A DNA stretch of 64,000 nt from Candidatus Poribacteria bacterium (GCA_963665235.2 CAXXLX010000001.1:1568001-1632000), one strand, 5' to 3'; positions 28,231 to 38,939 are shown, counted from the stretch's first letter. Translations and numbers: made by a program. The notes: generated from the letters alone by a model not told the origin.

Positions 28231-28568
28231 TGAATCTACCTCCAAAGTAGGTGTTCGTCTATCAACAAGTTCTATCAACGCTTCATGTTCCTCCGGAGGA
28301 CGGCGATACATGATAAGCGATAGGATATAGTGAATTAGCAAATGGCAATTAGCGATTAGCAATTAGCAAGAGGTTTATGATTCTAAACACATATCTGAAG
28401 CGCGTCAGAGACCTCTTTCTCTTGCCAATAGCCATAAGCCAATAGCCATAAGCCAATAACCATAAGAATATGGATTATGACTTCATCGGTTTTATCTGCT
28501 GTTTGAAAAGGCACGCGATACAAAATATCCGCTTCTCGTTCCCGTAAGTCTCTCGGAATGAAGCTCGT
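27964..28568 (-). pseudogene. Rpn / PD-(D/E)XK nuclease family gene, fragmented
   Basis: 28568-28464 = TSFIPRDLREREADILYRVPFQTADKTDEVIIHIL (Rpn N-terminal segment), then a repeat element, then the C-terminal part. Confidence 0.75.
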
Positions 28569-28600
28569 GCTGGGTGTGTAAAGTTTTCGTACACCCGTTT

Positions 28601-28710
28601 AGTATTCGGGCAAACGGTTTCCCGCTCCACTGGGCGAGGCCCTCTCGTCCGCTAGGGCTCTCTTAAAGAACATTATCCTACGGACTTATCAACACGCTGC
28701 GTAAGTCTTG
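28601..28710. repeat. Composite REP/MITE relic
   Basis: Contains the inverse of GGAGCGGGAAACCGTTTGCCCGAATACT (as at 56215), a degenerate GGGCGAGG hairpin and the end TGCGTAAGTCTTG. Confidence 0.6.
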
Positions 28711-28717
28711 TAGAGAT

Positions 28718-31384
28718 TCACGTCGTAACCAATTGTTGGAGCCCTTGGACGTGACTGAAATAGGTTTGTGTCAGCACATCCGATATTTCTATCAATATTT
28801 GTGCAAGTCGCACCAAGAGTTTTTCTAAACCTTGCCGCTGAGTCGTTTGTTCGGCACGCTGCGCAAGCTGAAACGTATTAGAGAGTTGCAGTTGGGTTAA
28901 AGCCTCCAGAATTAATTGCTCCTCTTCGCTAAGTCTATAACCGACCTTATCCCGTGGCAGGTCACGTATCTGTGCCTGAAGCCGTTTTAGTTGATAAACC
29001 AACGAACGCGGATTGCTTTCATCCAGCAGTAGCATCTCAAGTGCCGTCGGAAGATGTAAGGCTGCCCGGTAACGTCTCCGATAGGTAATCAGGCTTTCCG
29101 CTGCAGCGAGTATAGATTCAAGTAGCAGCTGTTCAATCCATTCCTCCTGCACCGCCACAAGGCTTGACCGGCAGAGCACAATCAGAAGCAATGCACGCTC
29201 AATGCGGCGGCCCATATCGAGACCTACCCAACCGATTGTCTGTGTCATACTCTCTGCATTGAGCCCACTCAATGCGGAGAGGAAAATCATGAGTTGGTCC
29301 AGGTCCATCTGAATATGCTGCAGCATGCGTTCGTCTGATTCACTCGTAAGAGTCTGTCCGGGGTCTCTGTGTTCAACCTGAGGATTGTATCCTTCGAGGG
29401 TGTTAGATAGATTTTCAATACTGTTGATGACACGCCATGTATCAGTGGACCAACGGTCTCGGACAGCGGACGCGGCACTGACGAGCGATTGCAGCGTTGA
29501 AACGAGGCTCCCGCTATTTTTTGTGTCAAGCATGATAGAAATCAGTTCGTTTTCTAACCCTTTCCCACTTTTGCTAACAAACCCTGGATAGGACGACGTT
29601 AACCCAGTCAATGAGCGGAGCATACTCCGAAGGTAAGCCAGCTCGGAGACGTTTCGTGATTCTTCGCCTACCGTTTCTGTAAACACCGCTGATGGAGGCG
29701 GTTGTCCGAGCGGGGAGGGTTCCAAATCCATTTTAATTTTGTCTAAGATAATTCGAAGAAGACGTGCATGTCCTTCAGCGCGTTCCGCATAACGGCCTAC
29801 CCAGAATAGATTTTCAGCCGAGCGGCTTGATAATCCGTGTGAATCTTCTGAAATATTTGGGCGTTCTGTGGGATGCTGCCATAAACTAATATGCGGCTCC
29901 GGTTCAGGAGCAAGGAGCCATGTATCTTTACTGATACCGCCATCCTGGATTGAAACGATGGAGTCAGGCGAATCTGAACGTGCTAAGCCGACAGACCGTT
30001 TGCCTTCACACCGGGTCAACCCACCCGGCATCACAGCATATCCATCTTTTTCAGAGAATAGAAAGCTCCGAAGAATAGCGCGCCGGGGCTCAAGTTTACC
30101 TTCAATCAGTGTAGGCGTTGTAGAAAAGTGAACGTGCTGCTGTCCGACATACATATTTGGTGTGGCGTTAATCCGATTGCGAAGTGTGTCAAGCTCGGAA
30201 GCACTCAATTCTGTTCCAAACAGCGGCTTCTCACCCGGTTGCCGATAAATTGGTTTCACAACTATTTTGTTAAGGTTTGCAAGCACATAGTCCCGCTGGG
30301 CGGGGTGTCCGCACCACCACGTTTCTACAGAGGGGAGCTGTAGGTCTTCCCCGATAAACCTTTTAGTAATGTTCGGTAAAAATGGTATCAAGCCGGGGTT
30401 TTCCAAAACACTGCTACCGGGCGGATTGACGACAGCAACATTCCCTTGACGGATTGCCTCTAACAACCCGGCGACCCCTAGCAGCGAGTCTTGCCGGAGT
30501 TCCAACGGGTCACAGAAAACATCGTCAACCCGGCGCAAAATAACATCTACAGGCTGGAGCCCATCAAGCGATTTTAGGTAGACATGCCCATCCACCACTG
30601 TCAAGTCGTCCCCTTGAACGAGTGTGTATCCGAGATAATTGGCTATGTAAGCGTGCTCAAAGTAGGTTTCATTGTAGGGACCGGGGGTGAGGAGAACGAT
30701 GTGTGGGTTTCCTTTATTGCGTGGGGCTATTTGTGCCAAACTGTTTCGCATTGCACGGAAGAAGAAAGAGAGCCGACGAACGCCTAGTTCACCAAAAAGG
30801 TGCGGTAGCGTCCGAGCTAAAACGGTACGGTTTTCGAGGGCATAGCCTGCACCAGAGGGTGCCTGTGTCCGATTGCTCAGCACACATATCTGCCCAGTCA
30901 CATCTCGCGCCAAATCTGCAGCATACATAACCAAATGCGTACCGTCTGGCGGAACTAAGGCATGACAGGGTCTCAAGAAACCACCGTGAGCATAGACAAC
31001 TTCTGGCGGTATCAAACCGTCTTTGATTAACCGCTTCTCTCCATACAAATCGGCTAAAATCAGATTTAACACCTTCGCGCGTTGTGTAAGGCCCGCAGAA
31101 ATAGCGTCCCAGTCCGGGGGTGAGATAATTAGCGGAATCGGATCCAATTCCCAAGGACGATGCTGCTTTTCACCATGCATGACGTAGGTGACCCCGTTTT
31201 CCCGAAGCAGGCGGACTCCCTCCTTGTGGCAGGCGGTCATCTCTTTGAGCCCAAGGGTGCTAAGTGCCTGAATGAAGTCATCCCAGTGCGGGTTAACCTT
31301 TCCTGATGCATCCAGCATTTCATCGATGTGTTCAGCCTCAGAAAACCCAACAGTATAGCTATCGTCAATTACGCTTTGAACCAT
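28718..31384 (-). CDS. Circularly permuted type 2 ATP-grasp protein fused to an alpha-E domain
   Basis: QAPSGAGYALENR, TPGPYNETYFEH, RRVDDVFCDP, GGISKDTW, then AENLFWVGRYAERAE and GRRIERA. Confidence 0.9.
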   Translation of the reverse strand: MVQSVIDDSYTVGFSEAEHIDEMLDASGKVNPHWDDFIQALSTLGLKEMTACHKEGVRLLRENGVTYVMHGEKQHRPWELDPIPLIISPPDWDAISAGLTQRAKVLNLILADLYGEKRLIKDGLIPPEVVYAHGGFLRPCHALVPPDGTHLVMYAADLARDVTGQICVLSNRTQAPSGAGYALENRTVLARTLPHLFGELGVRRLSFFFRAMRNSLAQIAPRNKGNPHIVLLTPGPYNETYFEHAYIANYLGYTLVQGDDLTVVDGHVYLKSLDGLQPVDVILRRVDDVFCDPLELRQDSLLGVAGLLEAIRQGNVAVVNPPGSSVLENPGLIPFLPNITKRFIGEDLQLPSVETWWCGHPAQRDYVLANLNKIVVKPIYRQPGEKPLFGTELSASELDTLRNRINATPNMYVGQQHVHFSTTPTLIEGKLEPRRAILRSFLFSEKDGYAVMPGGLTRCEGKRSVGLARSDSPDSIVSIQDGGISKDTWLLAPEPEPHISLWQHPTERPNISEDSHGLSSRSAENLFWVGRYAERAEGHARLLRIILDKIKMDLEPSPLGQPPPSAVFTETVGEESRNVSELAYLRSMLRSLTGLTSSYPGFVSKSGKGLENELISIMLDTKNSGSLVSTLQSLVSAASAVRDRWSTDTWRVINSIENLSNTLEGYNPQVEHRDPGQTLTSESDERMLQHIQMDLDQLMIFLSALSGLNAESMTQTIGWVGLDMGRRIERALLLIVLCRSSLVAVQEEWIEQLLLESILAAAESLITYRRRYRAALHLPTALEMLLLDESNPRSLVYQLKRLQAQIRDLPRDKVGYRLSEEEQLILEALTQLQLSNTFQLAQRAEQTTQRQGLEKLLVRLAQILIEISDVLTQTYFSHVQGLQQLVTT

Positions 31385-34300
31385 GAGGCCTCCGCAAATC
31401 TAGAGTATAGGGGTATTCGGGATTGAACTCTTCAGGTGGAACATTCATCGGCCCCGGTGGATGTCCTTCCGAAAGAAATTCTCCAACCACCGGACGAGGC
31501 GGACGCGGTTGAATAACCCCGGGCGTATGTCCATCCGTTTCAAATCGGCTCACACGCCGCGACTCTGCCTCGTAAGCATTGACAGGGAAAGTGTCATAGC
31601 TGCGACCCCCAGGATGAGAGACATGATAGGTACAGCCGCCAATTGACCTGCCGTTCCAGGTGTCGATGATGTCAAACACAAGCGGTGAATGGATACCGAT
31701 TGTAGGATGCAACGCGGATGCGGGTTGCCATGCACGATAGCGGACTCCGCCTACATATTCACCGTGTGTCCCTGTATTGTGGAGAATCAAGCGTCGCCCG
31801 TTGCACGTAACTACATAACGGGTGTCTGTCAATCCGCGCAATTTAATCTGAAGCCGCTCAACAGAAGAATCGACAAAACGTGCGGTCCCCGTGCGGGTGA
31901 CCTCCTCCCCAAGCACGTGCCACGGTTCAATCGCCATCCGCAATTCAATTTCAATATCTTGGATATTTACTGTACCTAACAGCGGAAAACGGAACTCAAA
32001 AAAGGGGGCTAACCACGCCATCTCAAACGGATAGCCTGCGTCGTGAAGCTCCGAGACGACCTCCTGCATATCAGAATGCACATAGTGGGGAAGCATAAAT
32101 CGGTCGTGTAATTCTGTTCCCCAGCGTACCAGTTTTGCCTTGTACGGTGTCCGCCAAAATTTAGCGACCAATGCCCGAATCAGCAGCATCTGAACGACAC
32201 TCATCCGTGCATGTGGCGGCATCTCAAAAGCACGCATTTCCAGCAACCCTAGCCTGCCCGAAGCGGAGTCCGGGGAATAGAGTTTATCAATACAGAATTC
32301 AGCCCGATGTGTGTTGCCTGTCAAATCGACGAGCAGATGCCGTAGCAACCGGTCTATTAGCCAGAGCGGTGTTTCTGTCGGTTTGTTCTTAATCGCGCTA
32401 GGGAGCTCGTTCCCACTTTCAGGTATCTGCTGAAATGCTACCTCAAGTTCATAAAGTTGTTCATCGCGGCCCTCATCTACACGCGGTGCCTGGCTGGTCG
32501 GCCCGATAAAACTCCCCGAAAAGAGATAGGACAAACCGGGGTGATGCTGCCAATAGGTGATAAGACTCCGCAGCAGGTGCGGTTGACGCAACAACGGACT
32601 ATCCGCGGGGGTTGGCCCTCCGAGGATAATGTGATTGCCACCCCCCGTTCCAGTGTGCCGCCCATCTAACATAAACTTTTCTGCACTGAGCCTCGCCAAA
32701 CGGGCATCCGCATAGACCGTTGTGATGTTATGTACCAATTCATCCCAATTTTCCGCTGGATGGATATTCACCTCTATTACCCCAGGGTCCGGCGTGACGC
32801 TCAAAGACTGAATTCGCCAGTCCTGTGGTACCTCATAGCCTTCAAGAATTATCGGCATTTCCAACGTTTCCGCAGTCGTCTCAATTGCTTGTAGGAGTGA
32901 GAGATAATGTTCTATATGCGTTACAGGCGGCATGAAAACGTGCAGTCGTCCCTCACGCGGTTCTACACACAATGCTGTGCGAATGACGTTTTTCCCTTCC
33001 TGCGCGGCGTTCGCGGTGTCTACCGTATCGCTAACGGGCGAGGAGACCTCGCCCCTACGAAGGGTGTCGGCGGAGGGGATGTCCGGGTCACGCGGTTCCA
33101 GCGGGTCACGTTCGTAAAAAGCTCTTCTGCTTCCGGTTCAACCCACGGCAAAGATTCCAGCGGTAGGCGCAGCCCTATCGGTGAATCGCCGGGGATTAAG
33201 AACATCTGTTCACTCCTAAAGTGCCACGCGCAACTCTCCCAGGTATCATCTTTAAGATTCCACCGTAGCGGTACTACGTAACCTATCGGTTCACCTATTT
33301 TATCGGTTCGTAGCAGTTGTAGCAACCGTTGTCGTTCCGAGTGTTCCTTAAAATTAAAATCATGTGGGTCAATGTTTACAGGCAGCTTCCCCTCTGTCCA
33401 GAGGAAAAACACTATATCTTCATAGGCGGGTCTGATATAGTCTGAATCAATGTTCAGTGAATTTGCCAAGTGCTGTATAAACTGCTCGGCATGTGCACTG
33501 TCAAACCCGTAATCTTTATAAGGCTCAGCGAGTAGCGTGTCGTTTTGCCAGATTCGGGTGCCATCTTTTCGCCAAAAACACCCGAATTTCCAACGGGGCA
33601 GCGGTTCGCCAGGGTACCATTTCCCCTGACAATATGTGAGGACACCGCCGGGCCCGAAGCTGTTCCGCAACCGCTTCAAAAGTTCAGCGGCTAACTTGCG
33701 TTTTTCCGGGCTATCCGCCTCCGTATCCCATTCAGGACTTTCCATGTCGTCCACTGATACAAAGGTCGGTTCACCGCCCATTGTCAAGCGGATATCGTCC
33801 CGAACTATCGCTTCATCCACCTGATGCCCAAGCGCATTAATAGCAGCCCATTGGGAATCGGTATAAGGTTTTGTAACGCGCGGGTCTTCGTGGATACGTT
33901 GTACCGTGTTGTTATAGGTAAATGTCGTTTCACACGAGTCTGTGTAACCCGTGACAGGGGCGGCACTCACCGGGTCAGCGACACATGCCAACGGAATATG
34001 CCCTTCACCAGCAAATAAGCCGGACGTTGGGTCGAGACCTATCCATCCCGCCCCTGGTGCGTAAACCTCACACCATGCATGCAAATCGGTGAAATCCTGC
34101 GGGGGACCAGCAGGCCCGTCTACCGGTTTCTGATCGGCGGTTAGCTGAACGAGATACCCTGAGACAAAACGCGCAGCGAGCCCCAAATGCCGCAAAATCT
34201 GAACCAGCAACCATCCGCTATCGCGACATGAACCGGTTCGCTTCTCCAACGTCACATCACAAGGCAGCACCCCCGGTTCCATCCGAATTGTATATTTTAT

Positions 34301-34765
34301 ATCCTCCCAAAGGCGGCGATTGATGCCTACCAAGAAATCAATCAATTTTTGTTCCGACCTGTCAATATCTCCCAACCACGTCGTAAGACGTTCACCGCTC
34401 TCCTTAACCTGTAGGAACGGAGCTAACTCCTTTTTCAGTTGGGGTTCGTACTTAAATGGATACCGTTCAGCCGTTTCCTCAAGAAAAAAATCGAACGGAT
34501 TGATGACCGTCATATTCGCAACCACATCGACTTCAAGCGATAAAACACGGGTAGGTTCCGGAAAGACAACTCGGGCCTGATAATTGCCGAACGGATCTTG
34601 TTGCCAATTGATAAAGTGATTTTCAGGTTCAATTTTGAGGGAATACGTCTCAATCGGTGTCCGACAATGAGCCGCAGGCTTCAAACGAAAAATATGCGGT
34701 GAGAGCCAAACCAAGCGGTCATATTGATACAAAGATTTGTGATTGATTGCCACACGAATTGCCAT
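31365..34765 (-). pseudogene. Transglutaminase + DUF2126 (putative amidoligase) protein, one frameshift at 33116-33120
   Basis: GSCRDSGW, FTDLHAW, LTMGGEPTF, TPDPGVIEVN, GTGGGNH, PTSQAPR; one extra T in the T5 run joins ORFs 33020-34765 and 31365-32972. May be a sequencing error. Confidence 0.8.
33036..33059 (-). repeat. GTAG REP hairpin inside a CDS
   Basis: CGTAGGGGCGAGGTCTCCTCGCCC, identical to intergenic 50517-50540; reads RRGEVSSP in the corrected frame. Confidence 0.85.
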
Positions 34766-34785
34766 AAGCTTTCCTTATCTGTTTC

Positions 34786-35770
34786 TCACTGCGTTTGATA
34801 TTGACCTGCTACAGATTCTTTATTGACAGGCCGCAGCGCGAAAAACGTTTTGTAAATATCGTTGCCGACTAGGTTGAGTTTCGTTTGGAATGCGTCAAGA
34901 AACTCATGCAACCCACTCGCGAGAATCCGATCGACTTGGGCATAAGCGAACTCGGACCGAAGTTGTCCTAAACCCTGCTCAGCAGAATTTGAGAACGTTT
35001 CCAGAGGTGTACCAGAAATGGCGTGAAGCGATTCTTCCGCTTTGGAGAGACAGTAGAGCACGGAACGCGGAAATTCGCGGTCAAGCAGCAGAAAAGCAAC
35101 CACTTTGTTGGGAGCGATAAGCCCATGCATTCGGCGATACATCTCGAAAGCACTTGCAGAATGCAGCAGTGCCCCCCATTGAATGTCATCGTAAGGCGTA
35201 TTCATATCCTCTATCGAGGGAAGCAGAATGAAGTATTTCACATCAACGATACGCGATGTTTTATCGGCACGTTCTATCAGCCGCCCCAATTGGCAGAAGT
35301 GCCACGCTTCACCGTGTGACATGATGTTATCGGTTTGTCCCATGAATAGATGCGATGCAACTTTGATGTCTGTAAAGAATTGATGCGGTTCCGCCATCGC
35401 CCACTCCTCCGATGTCTCGGTCACCATTAGGTATGCATCGTTTAGCTGCTCCCACATTTCGGAGGGGATATTTTCGCGAATAGAGCGTGCATTTTCACGC
35501 GCTGCACGCAGACAGGAGATAATGGAATTCGGATTTTCAACGTCAAATGTCAAAAACCGGATAACCGCCTCCCGGGAGGGCTCACCATACCGTTCCGCGA
35601 ACACCTCGTCATCTCCCGTTGTAGCAACCAAGCGGCTCCCACTGCGTCTGCATACCTCCCCGCTGATCGAGGATAAGTTGTAGGTTGACATCAACAAACC
35701 GTGCCACATTTTCAGCGCGTTCAATATATCGACTCATCCAATAAATTGATTCCGCAACACGACTCAGCAT
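34786..35770 (-). pseudogene. Alpha-E domain protein (DUF403), one frameshift near 35630
   Basis: ATG 35770 gives [24 protein letters not shown]...QWEPL; the frame then switches to [11 protein letters not shown]...ARENAR...GRLIERADKTSR. May be a sequencing error. Confidence 0.8.
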
Positions 35771-35779
35771 AGTTTTCAC

Positions 35780-37222
35780 CTATATTTGTCCGGACACCAC
35801 CCACGTATCCTTGCTACCGCCACCTTGCGATGAATTTACCACTAGCGACCCCTTTTTGAGTGCAACACGAGTTAAGCCCCCCGGCAGCACATAAATATCC
35901 TCTCCGTAAAGGATGAACGGACGTAAATCGACGTGTCTGCCTTCAAAGTTGCGGTCAATTAACACAGGCACCCGCGAGAGTGAGAGCGTCGGTTGCGCGA
36001 TGTAGTTACGCGGGTTCTGTTTGATTCGATTCGCAAACTCTTCGTGCTCAGCCCGTGTTGCATGCGGACCGATTAACATACCGTACCCACCGGACTGATT
36101 CGCCTCTTTTACAACTAATTTGTCGAGATTCTCCAAAACGTATTTCTGCTCGGATTCCTCCCAGCACATGTATGTCGGAACGTTCGGAATAATTATATCT
36201 TCTCCGAGATAGTATTTGATAATCTTCGGCACAAATGCACAAACCACTTTGTCATCCGCAACGCAGGTCCCGGGGGCATTGATTAACGCAAGCTGCCCCG
36301 ATTTGTAAACCTCCATCAGCCCAGGCACCCCGAGAATAGAGTCGTCCCGGAATACATCCGGATCGAGGAAGTCGTCGTTAATACGGCGATAGATAACATC
36401 AACCCGCTCGAAACCTTTAGTGGTTCGCATGTGCACATACCCATCCATCACAACCAGATCGCGGCCTTCAACCAATTCAACCCCCATCTGCTGTGCAAGG
36501 AAAGAGTGCTCAAAGTAGGCGGAGTTGTAAATACCTGGAGTCAAAACCGCAATTTTAGGAGAGGCAACCCTGTCGCTCACGAGGTATTGCAGCATATTCA
36601 GCAGATGACTCGGATAATCCTCTACCGGTTGAATCTGGGACCGTTCAAAGAGCTGTGGAAACGTCCGCTTCATGAGTTGCCGATTTTCCACTACATAAGA
36701 GACACCGGAGGGACAACCGAGATTATCTTCCAGGACATACATCTGTCCATCGCTATCCCGCACGAGGTCTGTCCCTGTGATGTGACACCATATTCCACGC
36801 GGTGGGTCTAAACCGATGCACGGCTCAAGGTAACGCTCCGAGGAAAGCACCACCTCCGGCGGAATAACCTTGTCTTTCAGAATTTTCTGGTCATGGTACA
36901 CGTCATCAATGAACAGATTCAGGGCTTGAATCCGCTGTTTGAGACCCCGTTCTATCCATTGCCATTCGTTGGCATCTATAATGCGCGGAATAAGGTCAAA
37001 CGGAAAAATTCTTTCCACACCCTGCTCGTCCGCGTAGACGTTGAAGGTAATCCCCATGCGGAGCAGCGCGTGTTCAGCGGTAATTTGGCGGCGAATGAAT
37101 TCCCCATCTGGAAGGTTATTAATCCGCTCCACCAACATCTGAGCAGCGGCGCGCGCGCTTCCATCCGGAAAAAACATCTCATCATAAAATTCGTCTGTTT
37201 TGTATCCATCAAATGCTGCCAT
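35780..37222 (-). CDS. Circularly permuted type 2 ATP-grasp protein (DUF404/407)
   Basis: LEDNLGCPSGVSY, TPGIYNSAYFEH, YRRINDDFLDP, VVNSSQGGGSKDTW. Confidence 0.92.
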   Translation of the reverse strand: MAAFDGYKTDEFYDEMFFPDGSARAAAQMLVERINNLPDGEFIRRQITAEHALLRMGITFNVYADEQGVERIFPFDLIPRIIDANEWQWIERGLKQRIQALNLFIDDVYHDQKILKDKVIPPEVVLSSERYLEPCIGLDPPRGIWCHITGTDLVRDSDGQMYVLEDNLGCPSGVSYVVENRQLMKRTFPQLFERSQIQPVEDYPSHLLNMLQYLVSDRVASPKIAVLTPGIYNSAYFEHSFLAQQMGVELVEGRDLVVMDGYVHMRTTKGFERVDVIYRRINDDFLDPDVFRDDSILGVPGLMEVYKSGQLALINAPGTCVADDKVVCAFVPKIIKYYLGEDIIIPNVPTYMCWEESEQKYVLENLDKLVVKEANQSGGYGMLIGPHATRAEHEEFANRIKQNPRNYIAQPTLSLSRVPVLIDRNFEGRHVDLRPFILYGEDIYVLPGGLTRVALKKGSLVVNSSQGGGSKDTWVVSGQI

Positions 37223-37234
37223 GGCAGTGTCCCC

Positions 37235-38611
37235 TTACTTCGCCAAATCTTTTGCCTGTTTGAACTTCTGTTTTGCAAATTGTCCCCACTCCTTGATCTT
37301 CTCATTGCGATAGATAGGGTTTTTCCAGTCAGTCGGTGCGATTTTCAGTGCCTCCGCTTCGGATATCGGCAGTTGCACCAACGCGGCAATTGCTGCGTCG
37401 CGTTTTTCACGGTTTTTACACTTCCGAATCGCCTTCCATGCATCGACGAGGTCTTTATGCGAATCTATGATAAGCACACCGAAAATATCATTGACGATAT
37501 CCCAGCGGGTACCCCCCTTGTCTGCATCGTAGGGAAAAGGGGTTATCTCCAATGCAAACGGGTTCGTTACAATGCACCGTTCCCCCAATTTATCGTAAAG
37601 TGCGGGGAGGACACTCGCCCGGTTCAGCCCGCCTTTCCATTTAGGTCCCTCTGGGTCAGTGTCTCGGAGCATCCAAAGTTTCTGTGCCTGTTCGGATAAA
37701 ACAAATTCGAGAAACTTTTGCGCGACCGCCATATTCGGTGCACCCTTGAGGATAGCAATTGAATCGGGATTGATGACTGCACCATCGGTTGGCACGACGT
37801 ACTTAATTTTATCTGTTCCGACTACAGCAATTTGACTATAGGCGTAAAAATCAATTGCAAGTCCATAAATGACCTGTCCATCGACGACATCTTTAGGAAT
37901 AGCATTCGCTCCTGCGGAGAATCCTCTGACATTCGCCCCAATTTTCGTCAGGAGCGCAAATCCTTTTTCCCAACCGTGTGTTTGCAGGATAATTTCGTAC
38001 ATCATGTGTGCAGAGCCGCTCTCTCTCGGATCGGCCGCACCAATTTTATTGAACAACGCCATATCGCCCAGGTCATCCCAGGTCGCCGCTTCGGGAAGTT
38101 GGAGCAGTGCACGGAGCTGCTCGTTGTACATAATGCCGAAACTGGATAACGCTGCCCCGTACCATCGATGTTGTGCGTCATAGATAGGAATTCCATGGAA
38201 CGATTGCGGAATCTGCTCTAACTGTGGTTCAGGAAGTTTGTAAGGGCTCAACACCTCCATGCTAGCGAGGCGGAGATAGCTATCGGTGCCGCCGCCAAAA
38301 AATATATCAACGCCGATACCCGCCGGCACCCGTTTAAACTCGGAGTCAATAAAACGAAAATTGGAAGAAGTGCCACCTACATCTCGCCAATCTGTTTTGA
38401 CCGTTCTACCGGTCTGTGTCTCATACCACTTCTCAAAATTCTTGCCGAATTCTGTCTCAATACTTTCTGGGTGCGGTGAGATAATGATAAGTTCATCTTG
38501 GGCAGATACGGCAGCGGGTAGTGCCAATAGGCAGAGCAGGACTCCGCACATTGCAATATGGAAAACACTTAAGTTCCGCCGCAGCGGTTTTAAATAGGAC
38601 ATTTGAATCAT
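37235..38611 (-). CDS. ABC transporter substrate-binding protein (Fe3+/thiamine-like family)
   Basis: DIFFGGG, ADPRESGS, YGLAIDFYA, PDSIAILKGAPN; start set to ATG 38611 (GGAGG RBS). Confidence 0.8.
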   Translation of the reverse strand: MIQMSYLKPLRRNLSVFHIAMCGVLLCLLALPAAVSAQDELIIISPHPESIETEFGKNFEKWYETQTGRTVKTDWRDVGGTSSNFRFIDSEFKRVPAGIGVDIFFGGGTDSYLRLASMEVLSPYKLPEPQLEQIPQSFHGIPIYDAQHRWYGAALSSFGIMYNEQLRALLQLPEAATWDDLGDMALFNKIGAADPRESGSAHMMYEIILQTHGWEKGFALLTKIGANVRGFSAGANAIPKDVVDGQVIYGLAIDFYAYSQIAVVGTDKIKYVVPTDGAVINPDSIAILKGAPNMAVAQKFLEFVLSEQAQKLWMLRDTDPEGPKWKGGLNRASVLPALYDKLGERCIVTNPFALEITPFPYDADKGGTRWDIVNDIFGVLIIDSHKDLVDAWKAIRKCKNREKRDAAIAALVQLPISEAEALKIAPTDWKNPIYRNEKIKEWGQFAKQKFKQAKDLAK

Positions 38612-38643
38612 GCGCCTCCGTTTTCTGTTTTGTGTAAACTTGA

Positions 38644-38781
38644 CTATATTAAGGATACGATGGCCGGCATTTTCCAGACCAAAATGAGGATAGCCGCCAG
38701 CAAAATGAGGTACCACACCATCATTGCTCGAGCCTGCTTTTTTTTCAAAAGCCGCCGGCGGGGCGGTCTTGTCAGTTTCAT
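38644..38781 (-). CDS. Small basic single-TM protein (45 aa), hypothetical
   Basis: AAGGAG RBS; MKLTRPPRRRLLKKKQARAMMVWYLILLAAILILVWKMPAIVSLI. Confidence 0.5.
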   Translation of the reverse strand: MKLTRPPRRRLLKKKQARAMMVWYLILLAAILILVWKMPAIVSLI

Positions 38782-38939
38782 AGATATGCTCCTTCGCTGT
38801 GAATCAACAGTACGCTTCTCACTTGTATGGGGTTCACAATCCCGACATCTTTTATGCATCATGATAGCATATAGCGTTGGAAAATGTCAAATCAAATTTT
38901 ACATCGGGTGTGTAAAGTTTTTGAGCGCACATTTTTTTC

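Noticed and set aside
27575-28710. Intact autonomous insertion sequence
   Set aside because: Only fragments of tnpB and rpn; no tnpA or full transposase.
29640-29730. Further REP-derived inserts in the ATP-grasp/alpha-E fusion (PSPLGQPPP...TVGEESRN)
   Set aside because: Looks like an insertion containing GTAGGCGA, but no matching intergenic copy was found in the window.
38612-38716. Longer N-terminus of the substrate-binding protein
   Set aside because: The RBS and signal peptide fit ATG 38611, and the extension overlaps the small TM ORF.
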